The notes beneath the pieces were generated by a model. The model saw only the letters and a list, made by a program, of their open reading frames with translations, was not told the DNA's origin and ran no database searches. 64,000 bases of DNA from Harriotta raleighana (lineage: Eukaryota): assembly GCA_050575255.1 (NCBI GenBank), contig JBNZDD010013730.1:7089498-7153497 (forward strand). The letters run 5' to 3'. Positions within the stretch are counted from its first letter, which is position 1. The number at the start of each line of letters is the position of its first letter. Both the position numbers and the translations under genes were made by a program. Positions 14,998-25,400 of this stretch are shown one piece after another.

Positions 14998-15190
14998 TGA
15001 ATAATAATCCCTCAAGAAATAAACAAATATAAATTGGTCGCTTCAATCCACAAATGTTTGTAGGATACTGCTGTGCACAATTAACTGCCATGTTTCACCT
15101 ATTCAATTCACTTTACAGTATATTCTGTGAAGCCCTTCGAGACATCTAGAAGACGTGAAAAATGCTATATCAAATGCAAGTATTATTGTT
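14998..15190 (+). mobile_element. SINE 3' half
   Basis: ATAATAATCCCTCAA...CAATTCACTTTACAGTATATTCTGTGAAGC...ATGCAAGTATTATT. Confidence 0.85.
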
Positions 15191-15437
15191 GTCAAATAGT
15201 TGGACTGATATAGAACCACACCACCTACTGGCTTAATGTAGAACCTATTAAAATGCATCTTTTCAGGTACTGTTCTTTGACATTACATACAAACCATCTG
15301 CTGCAAAATGTTATAACCCGTTATAAATTGTAAGAATCAAATACTGTGATGCTTGGAATGTGTTTATTCTACAGCATGGCGTTTCCATAGAATAACAGTT
15401 CCAATGTAATTGCCCGATTACCCTCATAATTCTAAAA

Positions 15438-15775
15438 CAAAAGAGGTTGGGGATGACCTGATAGAATTATGAAGGGATTAGGGAGTCAATAGGAAGAATT
15501 TATTTCCACTGGTCAATGTGTCAGTAGACAAAGGGAATGAACTTAAGATAATGGTCAAGGTAGAGAAAGTTTTTCCAGTTAGTATATACAATGCCCTTTA
15601 TGGAGCTGTAGTCGAGACAGAATCCATGTTGGTCTTCAAGAGGGAGCTTGATAGATACCTTAAGAATCAGCTACAAGAGTACTGGGAAACAGTCAGGTAA
15701 ACAGGACTGAAATGATTCCTCGAGGGAGTCAGCATAGACACATGGACGTCCTTGGCTGGGCTGTAAATTTCTATA
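15438..15775 (+). mobile_element. CR1 LINE 3' fragment
   Basis: Decayed ORF2 end (GDLIE...FKRELDRYL) typical of CR1. Confidence 0.7.
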
Positions 15776-16333
15776 GCTTAATTCAAACAGGAAGAAAGGT
15801 TGTCCTGTTGAATTTTAATAGGCCATCAAAACTCCAAAGAAAACATTACAGAACTGTAAACAAAAACAAATGTAGTTTCATAATTTAAAACAGAATTTAT
15901 CAGATAAGAAAGTATCATTTACCACCCACAAGACTTTTACTCCCTTCATTGACAGTAGTGTCAGAAAGTTCTGAAGGTGATAATCAGGATTGGAGATACT
16001 TGCTGGTATACTACTTGCTACAACCTGTACAATGACAACAAAATTACATTTACAGAGCACCTTTCACATCATGATAGCAAAATAATTTTTTTAAATTAAA
16101 TTTAAAATATTCAAAATGGCATTTCAAGTGTTTCATTTCCAAATGTAATGTTTAGTTTCACTGTAAATTCTGTGCTTAAAATAAATTCATATGTACACAA
16201 TAGTGTCTGACAACTAATAAAACAGAATAACATGAATACAAAACTGTTAACGACATTGCCATCTGCTCTTGTGGTTTTCCAACTATAGGCAGGGATTTTC
16301 TGGTTTATTTTTATGTTAACAAAAAAGTTAAGA

Positions 16334-16526
16334 TCATGAGCAACTCATCAAAAAACCCAGGTCAATTGCATCATCTGCATCATTGTCCACCTTTTCATCT
16401 TTTTCCAATTCTTCATTTTTCTTTCTCCTCCTAGAAGTGTCAACAGATGCAACTTTATTCTCTTCTAGGCCAGGCTGTTTAGCATTATTGGCAGCACTCA
16501 ATGCAGATTCTAGACAAACATGAAAC
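16334..16526 (-). CDS. TYW3: TYW3 exon 6 (RFHVCLE...GFLMSCS*)
   Basis: tatag| phase-2 entry, acidic tail, TGA at 16336-16334. Minus-strand AATAAA at 16309-16304. Confidence 0.93.
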
Positions 16527-19500
16527 CTATAGCCAAAAATGAAAAAATGACTCTCTTTCTCTGTATTCAAAACAAAAATTTCAGATTCTGATTACAATAC
16601 TATAACATGCAATTTGACATCCTTCAATACAGTGGTATCTATGCTAACAAAATTACATACTTGAAGAAAGAGGATTTATATATAAACTAATTTTCAATAT
16701 TTCTGAAAATTCAAATGAACTGAATGAATGATACTGAGCCTCCAAACAACTGCTGTATTACCTTTCTATCCTTCTTTGGTTTTCCTCCATTTTCTGATTT
16801 GCTACTTGCACAAGGTAATCAATGTATTCATCGTTCACCAGCAATTTGCCTTCATGACACAAAGGAACCTCCAGGCAATGAGTGCTCCGCACAGCCTAGC
16901 AATTCAGACAACAACAAAATTACATTTGTTTTGCTCCTTTCATGTCGGGAGGACGTCTCAAGGTGCTGGACAGTCAGTGTTTTGGACCCAAGTTGGGGTC
17001 GGGGAGGGTGGAGGGAAAGAAAGAGGGGGCTGATGGCACGGTCGAGGGAGGGTATGGGGGCCGGACTTGGAGGAGGTTAGGAAGGGGGTGAAACGGATAG
17101 TTTGCAGGATGGAATTCCAAAAGTTGGGGGCAGAGTGGCTGAAGGTTCACCCTCCGATGGTGGGGCGTTGGGTCGGCGGCCAGACAATAAGTTTATTCCA
17201 CACATACTTACCACATGATGTGTTAAATAAAATCAGAACTATCTGTCGCTTTTTTTTTAATGAGTTAAGTCTACAGATATGTTGATATGTTAAGCATCAG
17301 GATTCAGTGCATTTAATTCTTTTGGATCTTAAATACAGTACTTCTATAAAGTGTAAACATTCCCAGTTCTATTGCCTTTCCTCATAATTCATGGGTTTGA
17401 TTCCAGCTATTTATCTCCAATGATGGAGCCCCATGATAGCTTGAATTTTATAAGGGTCTTTGAAGGAATGATCTTGAGGCAGCAGAATGGCCTTTATTGT
17501 TTACTAAGATAAATAAAAATATTCAGCTAATGTTTGTTGTGAGCAACAATACAATTACATGCATTGCCTATTTCCATAACTAAATATTGCAGTTATGAAA
17601 ATTGCAAAATTGAGCAAACTTGATGGAGAAGCTTGGTACATGGTTACCTTTGCATCAGTAAAATGTATAGCACTATGTTTTGAATAATGTTCTCCTTGAG
17701 CATTTAGCCTGGTTCAGCCTGCCATCTTGTGGCCTGAAATGAGAACTGACAAAGATTGCTTCTGACAAATGAAAACATGAGCCCAGCAAGCTCCCAACTT
17801 AAACTATGACTAGTTTCATCAACTGAGTTCCTGTTTGTGACTTTTTGGTTGGAAAGCAGGCACTCCATTACCAGAGTCGGTAGTCCGTTGCTTGCACTAT
17901 TGATGATTATGTCATAATATCTCAGAGACATGCTTGTAATAAAATGAACTTGTAATTGTAAAATAAGGAAACTGTAAAATAAGGAATAAAGTAATCTGTA
18001 AGTAAATCAAGATGTAAAACAAGCATTTCTTTAACAAACCATGCCCTGAAATATATTTCTTACTATATGTAATACATGTGTGTAATATCTATCACACACA
18101 CACTTATGTTGAAACGATTTCCTAATGCTTCATTGGTTAAGATGATTTTAAATTTTGCTGTCAAACTGTAAGCACATTCATAATTGTGTGGAGTTTATAA
18201 ACTCTTACTTCTAAGTTAGTAATAATGTTAAAATAGCAAATCAGTGAAGGTAAGAGCAATTATTGCATATACCCCAGTTATTTGTTAGTCCAGGATGACC
18301 TCCTTAGGGCCAAATACAATCATAAAGGAGAATGAAACATTGCGCTGAGGTTAACTTTAAATACAATATTTTCTCATGTCTAAATTCTTGGGAGATTAAT
18401 TACAGTGCAACTACTATCATTAGGAGCTTAGTTCAGGTTATTCAGAATTGAATTCCCAAAGCTTTCCATCATTAACATGCTGATCATTATCTGAGGAAAT
18501 GTGGTATGAATCAAGACAAATAAATAACGTTTAATGAAATAATGCCAAAATTACTTTACCATCATTATTTTTCCTTTCTTGCCAACTGTGATTCCAGAGT
18601 TCCTGAAGCCAGCATTAATGGCCACAGAGTGCTGTAACCCAGAAGAATATTAATTGAATAAAATAACTAACCACAAAATACATTTTACACTCAAACACAT
18701 TACTTATACCAAACACTAATGCATTTGTTTTCAATTTTCTAATTCATTATTCTTCAATTTAGAAATTAATGTTTTTGATTCCCAATTTTATAAATAAATG
18801 CAAGAGGTCTCATACAAAAAAAAATCTGAAATTGACCTTTTAGTAGAAGTGTATATCTATTTTAATATATGCAGTTTATGCTAAAGGTATTCTTACCAAC
18901 AGCTGTGCATCTTCCAATTGTCTGCACTGAACATGTAGAACAAACGGTTCAAATTTAAATATTGCATCATTACATGTTTTCTGAAGCCCCTTGACCTATA
19001 GGATGCAAGACAGAAAAATATCAGAAAACAATTGTTAGACCAAGATTCACAACAGTGTTTTAGCTTCAAAAAGCTTATATGTAGTGCAATAATCTCCAAA
19101 TTTAAACAATTTCCAATACAGAAACCTCATATAAGGCATCACTGGTTACAGCATTTATAAAAGTTGATACTGGACAAATAACATTTTATTAAGTTGAGAA
19201 GATGCTCTTCTGGATCAAAATGTGGCATAACAAACCCATAGGTCCCACAAATATTCTAAGCATTGGTACACTTAGAAATTAGAATATAGTTGACAGCCAC
19301 TGTTAGAATCAAAGTATAATTTGCTCCTTACAACCTGGGTTAGTTTGAATTTCACTTAAAATACTTATTGGTTATGTGTTGTAAAGTTTTGTATCTTGTC
19401 CCTTTCCCACAACCCCAAAATGAAGGGTACTATATCAATGGAAATTGTATGTATAACTCAGATTTGCAAAACAAGTGCATGAGTAGGCTCTCGTCTGAAA

Positions 19501-20723
19501 TGTTTTTGCTAACAGAAAGGCATTGAGCACAATTGGTTAAACAAAGTACAGGTATTATAAGTAACATACCACATCTTCTTTCTGACACTTCTGGTGAGTG
19601 ACAAACAGCCAGCAGCAGTTCTGTTTCTGTATTTTGGTAACATCAAGGCCCTAAATAAAGTAAAAATGAATGACAAAATTATGTCAGGGGAGACTTCAAA
19701 ACTGGCTGCCAGAAGCGGACATTAGATCACTGAGTGCTGTGTAAGAACCAGAGCACATTCGTAAAACCTTCTTTAAATAATGGGGCTGGCTTGTCTGAAT
19801 CACGGCTGTTTTCCCACAACAAGATGCACAAGTGTTCTGGGGCACCCTGACAGTTAGGTTTCTGGGAGCTCATTAAACAGGATCAGCCAACTCCATTCAG
19901 TCTGACCTTTCAAGGGTCCGACCCTGCCAGCGAGCCAGTTTGGCTGTTTTGTTATCCGCAGTGCCCTGGAGCGCAGGGGGATCAGACTGCAGCACAACGC
20001 GAACAACAAAACTACATCTGCACTGGGAGGCGCTTTTCGCGTCGGCAGGACGCTGGGCGGTCAGCGTGGTCAGACCCGGGCTGGGGTCGGGGAGGCTGGA
20101 GGGAAGGGAAGTGACCCACGGTAGGATCAAAGAGGAGGATTCTTGAGGTGGGGACTTGAAGGAGGTGAAGGAGATGGGGGGGTGGGGGAGGGGGGAGGGA
20201 CTGCGGGATGGAAGGCTAAAGGTCGGGGCCAGAGTGGCTGAAGGCTCGCCCGCCAAAGGTGGGGCAGGTGGGTCATGGAGCAGTCCCGAAGCCAGCGGAG
20301 CGGAGAGCGCGGGCAAGTTCGTTAGGGGGGGAGGGGGGATAGGTATACAGTACCCAAGGTGATGGGTGCTGTAACTTAAGACTTGTTTGGGATGTCCTCC
20401 AGACCTGAAAGGCGCTGGAATACAAATGTAGTAGTTTTGCTGTTGTGTTGTAAATACATACCGAGGGGCAGCATCTCCCTAACGTGGTGGTGGTGGGTGC
20501 GGTGGGGGGAGGGGGGAAGGTGGGGTGGGTGAGGGAGAGAGCTGAGCGCATTCCTCACCGAGTCGATCAAGAGTATGCGGCCGGAGCACGAACTGGTAGT
20601 GAAGAACTGCTCCAAGCTGTTGAGAAAGCCCACGACGTGGCTGATCGCCTGATCCACGGCGCCTTTCCTGCTCGGGTCGGCGCCGCTCAGTCGCTGCCGC
20701 TTCCACAGGCCGAACCGTTCCAT
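16334..20723 (-). CDS. TYW3: tRNA wybutosine-synthesizing protein 3 homolog, complete, 6 exons, 247 aa
   Basis: Exons 20723-20559, 19650-19570, 18995-18897, 18631-18560, 16895-16762, 16526-16334. All introns are GT-AG and phase-consistent; total 744 nt. Motifs [37 protein letters not shown] and [12 protein letters not shown] match human TYW3 as recalled. Confidence 0.97.
16762..16895 (-). CDS. TYW3: TYW3 exon 5 ([12 protein letters not shown]...MEENQRRIE)
   Basis: gctag| ... |gtaata, 134 nt, exits in phase 2. Confidence 0.95.
16908..17180 (-). mobile_element. L2-like LINE 3' end in TYW3 intron 4
   Basis: (CAA)n tail, CATGTCGGGAGGACGTC, GGATGGAATTCCAAA. Homologous to the copy at 38716. Confidence 0.85.
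18560..18631 (-). CDS. TYW3: TYW3 exon 4 ([24 protein letters not shown])
   Basis: tacag| ... |gtaaag, 72 nt. Confidence 0.95.
18897..18995 (-). CDS. TYW3: TYW3 exon 3 (VKGLQK...[19 protein letters not shown])
   Basis: tatag| ... |gtaaga, 99 nt. Confidence 0.95.
19570..19650 (-). CDS. TYW3: TYW3 exon 2 ([27 protein letters not shown])
   Basis: tttag| ... |gtatgt, 81 nt. Confidence 0.95.
20001..20450. mobile_element. L2-like 3' ends in TYW3 intron 1 (minus at 20001-20315; plus tail at 20375-20450)
   Basis: Similarity to the copies at 38716 and 16908. Confidence 0.78.
20559..20723 (-). CDS. TYW3: TYW3 exon 1 (MERFGLWK...RILLIDS)
   Basis: ATG at 20723, donor TCG|gtgagg, 55 codons. Confidence 0.93.
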
Positions 20724-20845
20724 GCCCTCCCCCTCCCCCCCCCCACCCCCGCATTTGAATTTTTGAATATTTAACGGCTCACGCCGGGTCACGCGGCGGC
20801 TTCCCTTTCCCGTGTCACGCGGTGATTGACGCGCGTGAGGTGAGG
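20724..20845. promoter_or_regulatory. compact bidirectional CpG-rich promoter of TYW3/CRYZ, with probable CRYZ non-coding exon 1 ending at 20839
   Basis: CpG-dense island between divergent genes. Donor GAG|gtgagg at 20840 can pair with the acceptor ending 22309. Four TCACGC/GCGTGA motifs. Confidence 0.7.
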
Positions 20846-21180
20846 CGGTGGGTTCCCTCTCCCTGACACTTTGATTCATGGCTTTTAATCAAAAGGTTGG
20901 GAGGAGAAGTGGATGGGGAGAGGGGGGAGGGGAGGGGAGGGGGGGGAGAAGTGGGTGGCGGGGGGGAGGGGGGGGAGAGAGATTACCCCCAACTGAGAAA
21001 GGGAGGAGAGAGTGGAAAGGAGGAGGGACGAACAGATGTAAAATGTTGCAAATGGCCTAAATTGCTTGTCAAACCAGACCCCGCCTGAGAGCGAATGGAG
21101 AGGTTTGGGTGGCAGTCGGCCCACGCTATGGGATCGTGCTACCTGCAGTGAAAGGTGTTATATTATATCCCATTCGGGGT

Positions 21181-21570
21181 GGATTTCCTGCAGCTCAGTG
21201 GTGAGGGCACTGGGTTCGTTTCCAGACGGGGCGAAACATTGAGCAAGTTTCCGTATTTCACATGTCTCTTTTCTTTTTTTTTTAACCTGGCTGTACGTGC
21301 AGTGATAGGAACCTGGGTTGTTAGTCGATTGGCGGATCAATCTTCTGGCGATAGTAATCCCTTTTATTTTTTGTCCCCCCCCCCACAAAAAAAGTGTCAC
21401 GCAATCCACCACTGTTTGTGGGACACTGCTGTCCCCAAGTGGCTGCTGTGTTTCGCCCACAAAATATCCAGTCAATTTACTTTACAGTATATATTCTGTG
21501 ATGCGTTTTGAGATGTCTCGAAGACGTGATGAAAGTGCTATGTCAAGTACAATGCTGATGATTATTATTA
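21181..21570 (+). mobile_element. tRNA-derived SINE, near full length
   Basis: Head CTGCAGCTCAGTGG / GGTTCG, core GTGGGACACTGCTGT, (ATT)n tail. Homologous to the copies at 32606, 48450 and 38137. Confidence 0.88.
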
Positions 21571-22315
21571 TACACATACTTTGGACACTCTGGAAGAGGG
21601 GTGCGGATAGACTACCCAATCATTGGGAAACACAGTGCGCCAGAGAGCTCAACACATGGGATTTACCCCCCTCCAAAAAAAGTTTACCGTAAGAAAGCCA
21701 TTATGGATTTATGTCACTTAGGTAATCAAAGGAAAGTTCTGCAAATATATTCCCTGATACCCCCACACCCCTTTTTTTTGCCTTAGAAGATAATAAACAG
21801 ATAAAACTCCCAATCCCCAAGAATAACGACAAATCTTGAATATTATTCAGACCAATCAATCCTATGTATTTTTAGAAATTTAGCTGATTTCTTTTACATG
21901 TTTGTTTGCCTATAAAATACAAGAAATCATGTGTAATATTTTGAGAGGTCCTCTAGAAATAATGAATGCTATATCAAATGCTTTATTATTTATCCATATC
22001 GCATAAACCATTATGCTGTATAGTTTTATGTAGACTTGAAAGGGCTATTTTAAATACATTTATTATTGTTTTATAACATTTAAATCCAACAACAATTTAT
22101 CCATTGATTTATTGAATCTTGCAATGAGTTATTTCAGGTCGGAAATCGGATCATAGTATTTTACATAAATTATCTTGTTTTTATTATCTTTGACACAAAT
22201 ATAATTTAAAAAGTAGAAAGACATATTTGTTCTTGAAACAGGCAATACACTGAGGAGAATACAGTGAAATTAATAAATGAAAAACTGCAATTATTTGATT
22301 TAATTTTAGATTGTC

Positions 22316-22435
22316 ATGGCTTCTGGGAGATCAGCTGGATTATTAATGCGGGCTGTTCGAGTTTCAGAGTTTGGAGGACCAGCAGTCCTCAAGTTACAAT
22401 CCGATACTCCTATTCCTAACCCAATGGAAAATCAG
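22316..22435 (+). CDS. CRYZ: CRYZ first coding exon
   Basis: Acceptor ttttag ending 22309, ATG at 22316, CAG|gtaca. Confidence 0.94.
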
Positions 22436-25400
22436 GTACATCCAGCTTTTTAAACTGAAAAATGTTAGGATAAGTCACAATTCTGCAATTGATGAGGGGA
22501 GTCAATCTTCATGCTTGATCCAGAAGATCTGGAAGGTACAATCCAGACCAAGTTAATATGATAATAAAATAAACCAATCCAGTTTGCTGATTCTAGCTAG
22601 AGATCAAAATAGTTCCGAACCAGTAGAAGTTTTAGTTACATTACTGATCTGACAACTATAAAGAATGTTTTTTTCCATTTAGGTTTTAATCAAAGTTGTT
22701 GCTTGTGGGGTAAATCCAGTTGAAACATATATTCGTTCTGGGACTTATGTTCGGAAGCCCACTTTGCCCTGGACACCAGGCAATGAAGTCGCTGGAGTTG
22801 TGGAACAAGTGGGAGAAGATGTAACTAAATTTAAGGTAATTAGTTACATTTTATGATTATCCAAAAGATTAATCATAGAATAGATCTTATTAGAGATTAA
22901 ACTATATTTAAAGATAGATTGAGGAATTTCACCAAAATGGAATCTTGTCAAGATGTGTTTATGGTGTATATGAAACATTAAATTTTTGTCCAAATTTAAT
23001 GTGTCCTATTCGTAAATGAGCCTTTTGAGACATTAATCTGAATAGCTCTCTTCTATGGACTGGCTGTGATTGGCATTGGTTCTCTGACAAGTTATTGAGA
23101 AAAACTTCTTGAAAGTGTACAACTTTTTTAAATGGTCTGAAAATCTATTTGTACATATTGTTAAACTCAGTGAATGACAATGCATCTTTATTCTCTGAGA
23201 GAAAGGTGATCGTGTCTTTACAAGTGGAACCGTTACTGGTGGATATGCAGAGTATGCAGTTGCTTCAGATGACTCAGTTTACCCCTTGTCCGATGCCCTA
23301 AGCTACAAGCAAGGAGCAGCAATAGGAATCGCATACTTCACTGCATATCGTGCTCTCTTCCACAAGTAAGACAATGTGAGCTTGCTTTTTTTTCCAAGCA
23401 AGGTGCTACGCTTCAGAATTATTGTTAGATAAGAAATTCTAATGCAAATGTATTAAATGATTTGGTGGTATAGGTTCATGGTTAATTATTGTTTTTATAA
23501 TCCACTGAATATTTCCATTGTTATGGAATAGGTACAATTAGGCAATGTTTTCATTTGTACCTCTTTCTGGTTCAGAGCAAATGCAAAACCAGGAGAAAGT
23601 GTGCTGGTTCATGGAGCAAGTGGAGGGGTAAGGTTACAATTCTGGGTTTGCTGTAGCTTCTGTGATGACTGAAATCTGCTGCATTTATGGAACTGTACAG
23701 CGAATGGAGATGTTAGAAAGCCGTGGTGTAAAATTTCACTTGCATCACTTGCGTAGATAAATAAGTTATAAGTTGTTTGGGAGTGCACTAACATCTTGTA
23801 TGTACTAATTTTCTACTGAGTAAAGAATAATTATGGAAGCATGTGTTTTAAGTTACAAAATGATTCTGTTTTGATTACACAACGGGAATCCAGACTGAAA
23901 TCAAAATGAGTATTTAAATATAACAGTAATAATCCTTGCATTTGATATAGTGCTTTATCATATCTTTGAGACGTCTCAAAGCGCTTCCCAGAATATACTA
24001 TAAAGTGAATTGACTGTATATTTTATGGGTGAAATATGGCAGCCAATTATGCACAGCAGTGTCCCACAAACTATTGTGGATTGAAGCGATCAAATATTGG
24101 TTGATATAGAAGAGAAAATATTTTTACTGAAAGTTTAATGAGATAGATATTTGAATGTTGCACTTAATATATTATCAATATTGATAATATAATGTAGCAT
24201 TTGGGACAAGGAAGCTAAAAGGTTTTTAACAGTGCAAATACAGACACATTAAATACTGATTTCCTGTTTTGCATAAATGTGCAAACATTTTGATTGAATC
24301 AGAATGGATTGTGAAACAGAAAGTAATTAGGATTGAAAGAGTTGTAGACATTTGCTTGCATCTATAATTGCAATTGTTTATGTAACCTATTGATAAAGAT
24401 GAAATGCATTCATCATGTTAATTTTTAGGTTGGTGTAGCAACATGCCAGATTGCTAGAGCATTTGGCTTAAAGGTGCTTGGTACCGCTGGGACTCAGGAT
24501 GGACTGGGGATAGTTGAAAAGAATGGTGCTGCCAAGACCTTCAATCACAGAGAGTCTGGATATATTGATAAGATTAAGGTATGAAATAATTTGGTTGCAT
24601 ATTTCATTTTTTATGAATTTATTACATTTTTGAGACGTGTATGGTTGTGGATACTATTGAATTACTGTGTGTAGCATGTGTCTGATCCTGACATAGCCAG
24701 AGGATTACAATTACTGCAGAAATGAGCTTCCTTGCAAATACGCTATTGTGTTGAAGAAAACTAACAATATGTGCAGACCACCAATTGTCATGTTGACGAT
24801 TCATTTTGCCCCCCAAAGTTTCAGTTATTTTCAACAGATCTCCATTAAATTACTTGTTTATGACATAAGCATTTATGCGTGTGTGCTTAACGTTTTCACA
24901 GGTATCGATCTAGGTTTATATTACATCCCAGATATCAGTACATACAGAATCATTTCTTGTGCATAACCAGCGTTCATATCAGTGTGGCAATGCAGTTTCA
25001 AATTAGAAGCCACACCTTTATATGTGATATGCAACCTTGTGCATTGTGAATGAAGCAGAAGGTTGTAGTTGATAACTTTACTTGTTATGAGGAGTTTGGT
25101 TCAGGTCAGTTTACTCCTCCTTGTCAGCCTACGTCAAGGCTGCTTTTTAAGGGTTTAGTATTTCTTTGTCACTGTACTAGCATTCAGCAGCTTCTATGTC
25201 TGTACTGTACTGTGTCCCCCATTTCTCCCTGATTTTAACCCCCCCCACCTTTCCCTCCCTCTCCCTCTCACCCCCTTTCCCTCCCTCTCCCCTTTACCCT
25301 CTTTCCCCCCTTTCTCCCCTAACCCCACTTCCATGACTATTTATGGGACACCGCTGTGTGCAATTGGCTACTGCATTTTGCCCACAAATATGCAGTCAAT

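Larger units (their letters stand above)
1..15377 (-). pseudogene. candidate decayed multi-exon gene of unknown identity
   Basis: Minus-strand AG..GT-bounded segments at 15377-15291, 14926-14866, 14738-14656, 14530-, 14275-, 13734-13619, ~13510-13371, 13042-12918, 12673-12610, 12517-12373, 11682-11627, 11100-11052, 9894-9827, 8890-8774, 4654-4471, 2376-2328, ~399- and 158-. Many junctions are phase-compatible. Translations look protein-like, but several contain stops. No homology recognised. Confidence 0.5.

Noticed and set aside
8774-15377. Reading the minus-strand exon chain as an intact protein-coding gene
   Set aside because: I could not build a stop-free, phase-consistent path. Segments such as 14926-14866, 14738-14656 and 12517-12373 have stops in all three frames.
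19897-21124. Many overlapping ORFs around TYW3 exon 1
   Set aside because: GC-rich L2 remnants and G-runs. Only 20559-20723 has protein similarity. The upstream in-frame ATG at 20879 would overlap the putative CRYZ exon 1 and adds unconserved low-complexity sequence.
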